A stretch of DNA of 63,327 nt, counting the filler, from Collodictyon triciliatum (Eukaryota), in NCBI GenBank assembly GCA_043381765.1. It is 5 parts of 5 records of this genome, joined end to end, with 100 filler letters (N's around TTAATTAATTAA, not from the genome) between each part and the next. Parts side by side here need not be neighbours in the genome. Positions count along the whole stretch, not along the records: positions 14,835 to 30,538 come from JBHJMP010001643.1; positions 30,639 to 46,342 come from JBHJMP010001644.1; 3 more parts are not named here. One strand, 5' to 3'. The notes under the pieces were generated by a model. It did no database searches. It saw only the letters and a program-made list of their open reading frames with translations, and was not told where the DNA came from. Positions 23,578 through 33,862 of this stretch are shown here, in pieces (position 1 is the stretch's first letter; each line of letters starts with the position of its first letter). Position numbers and translations under genes: made by a program.

Positions 23578-24242
23578 AAAAAAATATTTTTCTTTCATAC
23601 TCATAACGAAAGTTGTAGAAAGATGGAAAAAAAAAGAAGAAAATCACCGCACTACCCAAATCTGCTTGGCCACGCATAATTCCAAGATAACATTCAATAT
23701 ATTATTCAATTACCGTCCTTTTATGATTCTTTACTTTCTATCGAGTGAAAAGGCTAATCATATACACACTGTGTGATTGGAGGTTTAAGAGAGAGAGGGG
23801 AAAAAAAAAGTGATTTACCCCTCCATCTTTGATTGGGTGTTGAAAGAAATTCAGAGGCTGGGATGCGGTTATAGGATAACAATTGGATTTTGTGGCATTC
23901 GATGCATTTTTTGTTTGTGGAGAGATATCAGATCACCAAAATCACATCTGAATGTGAATGAAGCGAGTTTATATATTGGCGCCCATCGTATTCTTTACTG
24001 CAAAATAGTTATTAACACAAAGAGAATAAAAAACTGGAAAGGGAAAATGTAGCAAAAGGAACAATAGAAAGAAAGAAAGAAGCCATCCTTAAAGAATCAA
24101 ACATCGCAGTTATATTATCTTTTCCATTCATTTCCTCCGCCTCCCTTTTGATGAAACTTGGTTGCGGAGTGGTCACTGTTACGCTTTACAGCGTATTGTT
24201 TGTCTTTTTCTTTTCGTATTTTTTTTTTTTTTTGATGGGGCG

Positions 24243-24782
24243 TCAGATGGCGGCAGGAATCCCGGGCAAGGATGAAAGGTCAGGAGCGTTGTCCATCACA
24301 CCATCTCCGCAACCGCCCCGCACTGGCTGCAGAGCACAGACCATCGAGCAGACTCTCTCCGCACAAACCCGGGTGCGGAAGCGAAGGATGCACAGACAGG
24401 CCAGCTCGGCAGCATTGTAGTCCGCAAGCGGGACTGCGGCCAGGAGAGCAAACGTGCGATTGTCAAAGGGATTGTCGTGCAGTAGCTTGGAAGCCAGGCC
24501 GAGGCCAACGGCTGTCATCACGCCTCGGGGCAGCAGATTGCGCTGCTCAAAGGCCTCATGCGATGCCCGATGCCACATGCGCAATATCCGGGCGATGAGG
24601 AGCAGCGCATAAGCGGCAGTCTCGGGCTCTGGGATGACAGAATGCTCTGCAGCCAGCAGAATCACGAGCCTTTCGGACCGTGCGCATGCGGTGCCGTGCG
24701 TGTTGTAGTCGCCTGGGATGCTGTGTTGTTCAAAGAGCGCCGTGGTGGCTGAGGCGAACAGCAAGGCCTGATGTTCGTCCAT
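24243..24782 (-). CDS. PHO80/PCL/CYCU-type cyclin-like protein, intronless
   Basis: Cyclin-box pattern AYALLLIARI...LGLASKLLHDNPFDNRTFA...LADYNAAELACLCILRFRTRV resembles the PHO80-family consensus ASKxxDDxxYxNxxWA...ELNxxExxFLxxLxFxLxV. Confidence 0.75.
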   Translation of the reverse strand: MDEHQALLFASATTALFEQHSIPGDYNTHGTACARSERLVILLAAEHSVIPEPETAAYALLLIARILRMWHRASHEAFEQRNLLPRGVMTAVGLGLASKLLHDNPFDNRTFALLAAVPLADYNAAELACLCILRFRTRVCAERVCSMVCALQPVRGGCGDGVMDNAPDLSSLPGIPAAI

Positions 24783-25663
24783 AATACTGGAGGGGTTGCG
24801 AGTTTCATCGCATTTGGTTGGTGATTTAAATTAAGCATCGCATTTGATTAGGCATCGCCTTTTATCAAGCATCGATTTGATACAATAGTATTAATATTAT
24901 CAACAATAATTAATTAATTTCAGGGGTTGTTTGTTTCGCTTTCGCTAGATTGATTTGGTTGGATGGGGTGATTGGGTATTGCTGCACTTCGTTTCAATAA
25001 ATCATCGCCAAAAGGTGGCGGCTAGGCCAGGTTGATGCCTTCACAAGCGCAAAGGGAGCGATGGAGAGAATACTTTGGTTTCGACGGGAGCGATGATTAC
25101 GAAAGACACATTGAGCAGCGATTGTAGATGAAATTCATTTCTCTGCCCAAAGCCGCCTTGGATTTGCTGTGGTTTCTCTTGCAATCAGGTCCCTCCGCCT
25201 TTAACCTGCCACGGCTTATATCGTGCGGATTATAGAAACGTGGGCATGCTCAATCGCCACTGCTTCCCGCACACAGCACCCCTCGTATGGAAAAAGACAT
25301 GAATCGATGAGTTTGGAAAAAGCCATTAATGGTGAGTGTTGGAGGATGATTGATATGTACATGCCCAAACCCAGATGCACAAAAAAGGATACTTGGTGGG
25401 CTGTATGTGTTGGTGTCAAGTATTTGCTCCTCGTCACCGTGCGTCATTCTTGTCCGCAGATGTCGTCACTCGCGGTCATATACCCAGAAATGGATATTCC
25501 ATAAAAGTGCAAATGGTTTTATACATAAAAAGCAATGTGATAAATCTGGAGAATATACTATTACGAGTATAATGCCGGTGCAATATATTTTTGTAAAAAT
25601 TTGAATGTCAATTAATGATACAGTATACTATCATGATATTTTTAAATAAATGGATTGCTTTCA

Positions 25664-25915
25664 TGAAGCGCCCACCACAACCCGTGCATTTCTCGCGACC
25701 CTGGGATGCTTTGCGATTGTTTTATTTTAGCATATTTAGTGCCTTATTCATCTCCACTGGGAGGATACCAGTCTTTCGAGTGGTAAACCTGGTGCACCAG
25801 TATCCAAGGTCTCACCACTTGTTTCACAAAGGTTGTGTAGTGACGAAGACTACCAGGAAAGACCCAACAGCCTGTATTTTTTTAGAGGAAGGTGTAGATT
25901 TTTTTTTTTTAAGGA
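25664..25915 (-). ncRNA. Candidate Fanzor omega-RNA scaffold / element right end
   Basis: Lies directly 3' of the Fanzor stop. Minus-strand stems GTGGTGAGACC/GGTTTACCAC, GGATACTGGT/ACTGGTATCC and AAGCATCCCA/TGGGCGCTT, ending in TTCA like TnpB right ends. Confidence 0.45.
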
Positions 25916-27800
25916 TTAAAAGAACTTTCTGAGTATATTATTAGCGCTGTTAAACTCCCTTGTCAAGAATACACTTTGCATGCTTTCTGGGCGATTGCAT
26001 TCTTTACATATGAGACATCTATACATTTTTTTTTGGATTTCCTTTCAGTGTTACATATTCCAGTTCTTTTTCGCAGTTGCAGCACATCTTGGAGGTTCTT
26101 AATCCATTTAAAATATCTGCTTCAAAAGGTTTGGGAAGTATTTTTCGTAATCCTCTTCCGATTGTTGCCATAAAATATTTCATCTGAAATTTTCTGTTTC
26201 AGTCTCCATACGCCAGCACAACATCCTTGCCAAATGCCTTTTCGATTCGGTACATAAACAATTGTTCACTTCTTTTTGTGTTAACATACTGTCTCCATCT
26301 CATCTTTCGAAAAGTTATTTGTTCATAAAATCTTGATAATTCTATCTGATATCATGGTTTTATAGATACATATTTTCGAATTTTTTCCATAATCGACCAT
26401 GCGTGAATTATTTTTACTTAGTTCTGTCTCTAAAACGATTAAAGATACTCTTGATGTCTCAAACTGCTGATTCTCTTCAAAAGACATTTGCCCAAAAGAA
26501 AAAGCACTTTGTAAATCTGTTGCCATGTATATCCCTGAAGCATTGTACTTTTCTTTTCTCGCGCAGAGTATTTTGTGATTTTTAAAGAGATTTGCTATCA
26601 TGTCTTCTTTGGTGTGCCGTGTAACGTAATTTCTTGCCTGTCTCGTCCACTATGTAAACAAAATTAAACTTGCCTGCGTCCACTCCAACTATTTCATTTG
26701 TCGCTAATAAAGATAACTGCTCTTTGGAAAGTTCATCTATATAAGCATATTCTTGGGTCTTCTGATTATATTGGATTTTTGAATTTGAAATACCCTTTCT
26801 TTTCAAACAATAATGAAACTATCGGGCTGTCTGTTTGTATCATGCATTTAAAATTATAGTCTCTTTGACGGAAGACCATCTTCATTTCAAAAAACGTATC
26901 CCATAGTGTCTCCTTACATCCTGATATATTCTTCAGTATGTTTTTCCAGTTAATACAAAAAGAACTATCAAATATGCGTTATTTAAGGTATTATGACATG
27001 GTATATTGTTAGTTCTTACAGAGATTGGTTGATACAGTTTGGCTCTAGTGTCCTCAAAAAAGCGATTCATGTAAATCAGACATGGAATGCACTTATTTGG
27101 ATTGACTTGGACGTCATATTCGATACTTTTTACAATATTGCTGGGAATGATACGATGCAAATGCGTTCTAGCCCATTCTTTGTATTGTTTCGGTATTTCG
27201 AGTTTCATGAAAATGGCTTTTTTTTTAACTTTCGTAACTCTGGCTTTTGAATAGCTTCGGTCATATTCTCATCTTTAGGAACTGTTTGGTTTATAAAGCG
27301 CAGTAACATTTTTGCAAAATGTTCCTTAATATTACTATGATAAGCTGTTAACGTTCGCTTCGCTAAGTACGGTAGTACACGAGACAGTCCAACCAACAGA
27401 AAGCGTTCTTCTCGGGACAAAAGGAATCGAAAATCATTGAGATAAAAAGTCATCAAGTCATCCCTCATTTCTGGTTTTTAATATTGTGGGTCTATCTTGT
27501 AAAACTATTCCGACTGTCTTTAAAGCGTACAAAAAAAAACTTTCATTGATTGTTTGGAGTTGTTGTGATTTCAATATGTAACATCTTGCAAACAGAAAAG
27601 TGTCGGTAATCAAATTATGACACAATAAAACCGTACCGTTGATTATGTCATAGTCATCCGCATTCTTTACAATCGAGTTTAGACATGCTTTCACATTTCG
27701 ATAGTCTGGTTTTACAGACTTTAAACTCTCAGATTCAAGACGTTTTCTTCATCTGAAAGTCTTTGCTTTACTTTTTCCTTTGGAAAACTACCAAGTTTTA
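25916..27800 (-). pseudogene. Fanzor1 (TnpB-derived RuvC nuclease) pseudogene with multiple frameshifts
   Basis: Collinear fragments: YRNVKACLNSIVKN, YHSNIKEHF..LLRFIN, YNFKCMIQTDSPIVSLLF, RuvC-I IVGVDAG, VLAYGD, RuvC-II-like ILNGLRTSKMCCNC, CLICKEC and RuvC-III-like TREFNSANNI. No introns. Confidence 0.85.
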
Positions 27801-29302
27801 AATTTTGATAAAACTTTAGTCAATCAGTCAATTTAATAAAAATAAAAATAAACTGCACAAAATCAATTCATGTAAAATTAAGCATCTACCGAGACTCTAA
27901 AAATTTGCATTATGGCAATCAAACATACAAGGTTTTTTTTTTATAAGTGATTTGAGACAAAACGCTGAGAGCTGATTCGGCGAGTTCGAAAGGACGGCCG
28001 TATAGCAATTGCGACTGAAAGTCAACATATCGGCCCCAAACAACATGATTACCGCCGCAAGTGTGGATCGTATGCTTTTTATGAAATGGATGTTTGGTGG
28101 CAGGTATACAGGGTGGGTTCTGTCTGGGCCAAGGCAAGGGCTTGTCTATAATCTTGAATTTTAATGATAATATCGCATAAATGAAAATATAGCATAAATT
28201 GATTATAGGAATAGAGTGCGATTAAGTATTTTAAACCTTATTATATATAATTATTATACTATTATTCAGGTTGTTTCTTAGATTCACAAAAGCTCCTGCT
28301 TTCATCAATCCAGATATAATTCGATCGTTGTCTGTGCAATAAACTGCTACATATGAATACGCTTTCGTTGTATAAAAAGTGTTGTCCCTTGAAAGGGATA
28401 AACCCAGGTTCGTCACCTTTGAATCGAATAAAGGAAAAAAAAAACCCAAGTTCGTCACAACCTTTGTAATGTAATTTATCCATTTACAGATGAATGAGAC
28501 CGAATGAAAGAATGAAAGGAAAAAAAAAGAGAAGAGAAAAGGAGAAAAGAAAAGATATGGAGAAAAGGAGAAAAGGAGAAAAGAAAAAAAGAAAAGATAA
28601 ACGGGTGAATGAATCAGAGCAACTACTACTGAGCATTATAACCATAATTATCTTGCTACCCGTGGGTCGATGGCTTGAGCTCGATAGGTTTTTTTTTTAT
28701 TCCCGTTTGCTATTATTATTATTACTATTATTATTCGTTTCAAAGAGCCCGCTCCGTCTTATTAGTAATTTGTTGCACCCACGGGTTGGTGGCGGCTGCC
28801 GTCTTGATTGTCGGTGTGTCTCTGTGCATAACCTGTGTTGAAAGGGATGTGGTAAAGTGACCTTTTCGCTCTCTGCGTTGGCTGCGTCGGCCTCCTCAGT
28901 TTGTGTACGATCAGTAGGCGTTTCCTCGGGGCAGGGCTGTGGCGTTGGTCTCCTGGTAGACGGTCTCGTCCTTCTCGGGATCCCTCTTTCCGATCTCTTG
29001 CTTGCTTGTTTTTTTTTTTTTTGATTCAGAGTGTGGTGGGTTGAGAGAAGAAGAAGGAAAGAGCGCCAGTGTAATAATAATATTTTCCAGAGAATGTGTC
29101 TTTTTCTCTCTCTGTGTGCTTGTTTCTCAGCAAGAGGACTCTTTCTTATTCATATTTTTTTTTTTTTTTACTTTGCTGTTCCTCTCAACTCTGGCTCTCA
29201 GTGTGTTCATCACATTTATTCACATTGTGGGACACAGAATAGATCGATCTCTGGGAAATTTGCCTCAAAAACAAACCAAAAAACAAAACAAAACAAACAA
29301 AA

Positions 29303-29344
29303 TGATATCAATATATACTTAATATTAAGTATATATTGATATCA
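29303..29344. repeat. Perfect 42-bp palindrome at the host/virus-like boundary
   Basis: TGATATCAATATATACTTAAT|ATTAAGTATATATTGATATCA is its own reverse complement. Confidence 0.95.
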
Positions 29345-29678
29345 CTTTAACCCTGCAATCTCGAAATTTCTCCCGGAAACCGTTCGCTGATACTATATTT
29401 GGTATGTATCGGCGAGTAAATCCCTGACACTGGAAGATGTGTGCCGATGACAGGCGAGACTGCAAACACTGACACACTAACATAGAATCAACCCCTATGA
29501 TTTATATAGATAATTATCCTAGTTACTATTATATAATATATAGATTATATAGATTATATAGATTAGCTGGGTTGTTTAATAAATTCATATGAGCCTTGTG
29601 CAGTTGTGCAGTTTTGCAATCACACCAATTTCCTAAGGCGATGCTTGGCCCTACCACCGACCCACCGACCCAGCGATA

Positions 29679-29843
29679 TTATATAACGACTTTTTCCAAG
29701 TCATTGTCAGGACTAGGCTCACGCGTTTCCATCACGCTACCACAACACTGAGACTTACGAACGTGTTTTAAATAATACTTCATCGCACGCTCAGCAATCA
29801 AACACAAGTTAATAATCAACGATACAATCAATACCGGGTCCAT
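29679..29843 (-). CDS. Small (54 aa) predicted single-pass membrane protein with KSQCCG motif, virus-like
   Basis: MDPVLIVSLIINLCLIAERAMKYYLKHVRKSQCCGS...: hydrophobic N-terminus, basic patch and CC motif. The ATG at 29843 lies 20 nt after the upstream ORF's stop. Confidence 0.6.
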   Translation of the reverse strand: MDPVLIVSLIINLCLIAERAMKYYLKHVRKSQCCGSVMETREPSPDNDLEKVVI

Positions 29844-29863
29844 ACAATAAAAAAGAAATAAAG

Positions 29864-30538
29864 TCAGCCAGCATATACAAACCATCCAAACCCGCCTGGA
29901 GCAGTATCCCGAAACACACACCTTAAACATGTACTTGTTTGACCTGCAGCAACAACACTTGCTGTGCTCCCAGCTGTAATAGTCTGGACACCGCTGTTCC
30001 CTATTATAAACATTGATACACTAGTGCTATTAGTAAAACTAACAGCATTACTTGTCGCGTTTGTAAAAGAAAGCCAAAAATTAAATCCATCATAGTCTTC
30101 TTGACTACCCCCAAAACTAACCAAATTTTTAAAATCAACAGTCGTAGCAGTCGCACGAGTTAATAAAACATCTTCGGGTGTGTTTCTGTCTATAGTTAAA
30201 GTGCCACCCGTAAATTTTGTATTCGTTGCTCTTTGTTTATAAACACCTCTGTCAATAACAACCCAATAAGGAGTCCCACCATTCCAAACAAACACACCTG
30301 TAATTCTAAACTCATTCATTGGTCTTGAAAATGTATATACCTGTCCAGCTGTTGAACCATCCACACCGATAGCACCTGACCTGACTTTTACAAATGAACC
30401 GGCAAGCGACAGAGTCACTGCAACACCAAAATTATTTAAGTCACCTGTTAACATAAATTCAAATTCAAAGCCATCGTATGATTGACCCATATTGCCAAGT
30501 GTAATATTCTTTTGTGATGAAATAGAATTAGATATAAG
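29864..30538 (-). CDS. Putative viral fibre/spike-like beta-rich protein, C-terminal part (frame open to contig end)
   Basis: Intronless, Thr/Gly/Ser/aromatic-rich, with two similar modules (YDGFEF...VFVWNGGTPYWVV and YDGFNF...VFRDTAPGGFGWFV). Confidence 0.5.
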   Translation of the reverse strand, partial: LISNSISSQKNITLGNMGQSYDGFEFEFMLTGDLNNFGVAVTLSLAGSFVKVRSGAIGVDGSTAGQVYTFSRPMNEFRITGVFVWNGGTPYWVVIDRGVYKQRATNTKFTGGTLTIDRNTPEDVLLTRATATTVDFKNLVSFGGSQEDYDGFNFWLSFTNATSNAVSFTNSTSVSMFIIGNSGVQTITAGSTASVVAAGQTSTCLRCVFRDTAPGGFGWFVYAG

Positions 30539-30638
30539 NNNNNNNNNNNNNNNNNNNNNNNNNNNNNNNNNNNNNNNNNNNNTTAATTAATTAANNNNNN
30601 NNNNNNNNNNNNNNNNNNNNNNNNNNNNNNNNNNNNNN
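30539..30638. other. Artificial contig linker
   Basis: N44-TTAATTAATTAA-N44. Confidence 0.97.
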
Positions 30639-31356
30639 TTTTTTTTTATTTTTTTTTTTTTTTTTTTTTTTTGTATAATCGATTGCAAATACATTCCAAA
30701 CTCTATCTCGTTCAGTGCATGCTTTCGTTTATGAGCCATTCGTGTCAAAGGTCAGTATGACAGTTGGATGAGACGTGGGGTGGTTCAGTTCCTACCTTTT
30801 TCTTAAAAAGAAAAGGAAAAAAAGGAAGAAGAGACCATTTTGATTTACATATAGTTGATTCCTGCTTTCAATCCTCCATTCATGAACAATATCAACAAAA
30901 AAATAGCAGTGTAAACAGCATGCTGGAATCCATGACAAGCAATAAAGCAACACGCGCTGAAGCCCACCGCTTACAATCTTGTAATGCATTGCGCCCTTCG
31001 TCATAGCGGCACAGGTCTTTGTATTTATTTTTTCCCTTTTACTGGGCGATAACTGCCGTTACTAGTTGTGGCTGCGGCAACTGAATTGGCATTGCCAGAT
31101 GAATCAAGATCGTCGGCGTTTGCAGTGTTCGAGGCCCACACAGGCTTTGATCGCAATATCGCTCTTTCGGCTGGCTTACTCACGAGAGATAATCAGTTGA
31201 CCAGTTTGATAGATCGCGTCTGCTGCCTTCGAAGATGTCTGGTGCTGCCATTCTGAGGAGAGGTGTGTCCTACTTCCCGCTGTCTCTTGGTTTTGCATCG
31301 ATCCAGCCTCTTGCACTCGTTGCTAGAGCCGAATAGATTTGTATGCTCGATCGGCC

Positions 31357-33811
31357 ATGAGTAGTCTAAGGGCTTTTTCTCTCCTCTATTTCCTATATAT
31401 TTTTTTTTACGACAACTTCCAACAAAACATACAATCAACTTGAATGCACGTTTCCTTATTTGTTTCTCTGCTCTTTCTTTTTTTTCTTCTCAAATCAAAA
31501 CAGCTGTTCAACTTAAGGACAAATATCCTTTGTACGTTGCAAACAACCCTGTTTTCACCCAAGAACTTTTACCAGTGAAAGATAAGTTTACGGATGAGGT
31601 ATCACTTTTTCTTTTCTTTATATGATTCTGTCAATGAGAATGTTAATGAGGAGAAGGATAATCATATTCATAATGACAACCATAATGATTACTATTACTA
31701 TTCAGGTTGTATCACATGTCAGTGTGGCTAGCCCTGGTCATTTGGGTTTGTGGGGTTTATAGACATTGATGTTTTTCAGATACATCACCCAGACAAAAAA
31801 AAAAAGGAGAAAAAGAATCTCCCAGTGTCTTTAGCTATTCTGCTTCAGGGTTGTCTTCAGCACCTCGACTCATATTTTCTTCTGAGTACCTAAAAATCTA
31901 TTCTTTCCTAGAAACTGAACTGGTGTCTCCATTTTTTTATCTCCACAGAATCCGCAATAGAAGCAGCAAAAAATTCCTTCTCACAAATGAAGAAAATGCC
32001 GCCTTTCCAAAGAAAGGCTATTCTCCTGTCAATAGCTAATGAGTTAAACGATAGGAAGGAAGAGTTATCGCAGGTGCTTGCGATTGAAGTTGGAAAACCT
32101 ATCAAGTAATTTTCTCAACATAAGTATTTGTATTGATTAATTTCTCACGAGATAATTAAATGCTGAATGAAGGGTCTTTTATTCTCTATAAGGCTTTATT
32201 TTTTTTCAATTTCTAATAGCCTTTTTTTTTTAATTTTTTTGAAAATAATCTAATTGGACAATCATAATATTTAATTTAAAAATGTCAACTCCCCTTCTGA
32301 TCCCTTAAGTTCTGGTCGTATAAATATTTTAAATATAAACATGCATGAAATAATTTTGAAAACTTATTGTATCAGAGAACCCCTAATCATTTCAATGACT
32401 TCTTTCAGTAAATTTCGAAATATCCAAAAGTATAATAAATAAATAATAGAGATGCACGAGTTGAAATCTTTCGTGCTGTCACCACCTTTCAAGTGGCCGC
32501 AGAGGAGGCAACCCGTATGCACGGCTCATTTGGTTCGTATTTTTTTTTTTTTACTAGATATATACACTTCGTTTTGTAAAATTCTTTATCTGTTATACTT
32601 AAATGACTGTAATACAGTAGTGTTATGTTTCATCGTCATGTAAATTCTAATAACTATTCCGGAACTCAACCACAGAAACATTTGAAATTACCCCAAATCA
32701 CGCTGGATTCAATGGTCTAATCCAGAGATTCCCTATCGGCCCTATTTCCATGATATGCCCGTTCAATTTCCCAATTAATCTTGCTGTAATCAAAACATTT
32801 TCAAAATTATAACCTAAAACTTGCCAAGTTATTTTTCGCACACACATGTTTTCTCTTCGCGCGAAGAGTCGCCCAGTAGACACTCTGAAATTGTCTCATG
32901 TTTTAGGTTTCTTGAGTTGGGCGTAAATTAATTCCAAATTTTTATAGGCTCACAAAATTGCTCCCGCGATTGCGGTTGGATGTCCGTTTGTTCTGAAGCC
33001 ATCAGGTAGAATATACACTACTCTAGTAAAACACAAGACACTATAAAAATAAAAATAGAAATAGAAATAGAATTAGAAATAGGTCTGCGCGATCAATAAA
33101 TGCTTTTCATTCAATTTATTTGTTTTAAGCAATATTATGACACCCATTCTCCTATGACTTTCATATCTTTTTATTTGATCGGTGATTATTATTTTTGGTG
33201 ACTTTTATCCTAATCAACCCATTCCTTTGCTTGGCAGTTGTATGTGACTGATAATTACATATATTGTTTAGATTATACCCCCATTAGTGCGTCCATTCTA
33301 GGTGACATTTTGTCTAAGAAAGGTCTTCCTGAAGGCTCCTTTTCTATCGTCCCTGTAGCAACACCAGTAAGCGTTAGGATTACCCTCACCCTGGACATCA
33401 CCATAATAATCATATTATTTTACTCAGCCTCATATGCACTCTATTAAACTGATCATAATTTAACACGAGTACATTAATGATTTTTTGTACATTTTAATAT
33501 CGAAAGGATGCTTCACCACTGTGCACTGATGAGAGATTTAAACTACTTTCATTCACGGGAAGGTATTGAGCCCAATTAAGATACTTTTTTTTTACATGAT
33601 CCTCATTCAACTCTGGCGATCTCACAAACACTTGAGAATTGAATACTGCTTATATATTATCAATAATGTACAATAGCGCCCGGGTTGGTTGGGCGCTTAA
33701 ATCTAAGGCTGGAAAGAAAAAGGTTGCCCTGGAATTAGGTCAGTAAAATTATGAAAATTTTTATGTTTATTTCATCATTTTATAAATATATTTATCCCAT
33801 AAACGAGCGAT

Positions 33812-33862
<51 letters not shown>

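Larger units (their letters stand above)
29303..30538. mobile_element. End of an endogenous virus-like element (probably Polinton-like virus), truncated by the contig end
   Basis: Palindrome, hairpin and short tandem repeats, then two tightly packed intronless ORFs (fibre-like and small membrane protein). Shares terminal and start-site motifs with the capsid-encoding element at 38547-46342. Confidence 0.6.

Noticed and set aside
27960-28151. Plus-strand frame ELIRRVRKDGRIAIAT faintly resembling a PIF1/Helitron helicase segment next to the Fanzor relic
   Set aside because: No Walker A or other helicase motif is recognisable and the similarity is too short. A TBLASTN/HMM search would be needed.
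28231-28460. Ankyrin-like fragment (LMKAGAFVNLRN) and an imperfect 17-bp direct repeat AAACCCA(G/A)GTTCGTCAC
   Set aside because: A single partial repeat with no supportable gene model.
24243-30538. Cyclin, Fanzor and viral end as one large viral insertion
   Set aside because: Host-like microsatellite and splice-like sequence (28500-29300) separates them and no shared boundaries are visible.
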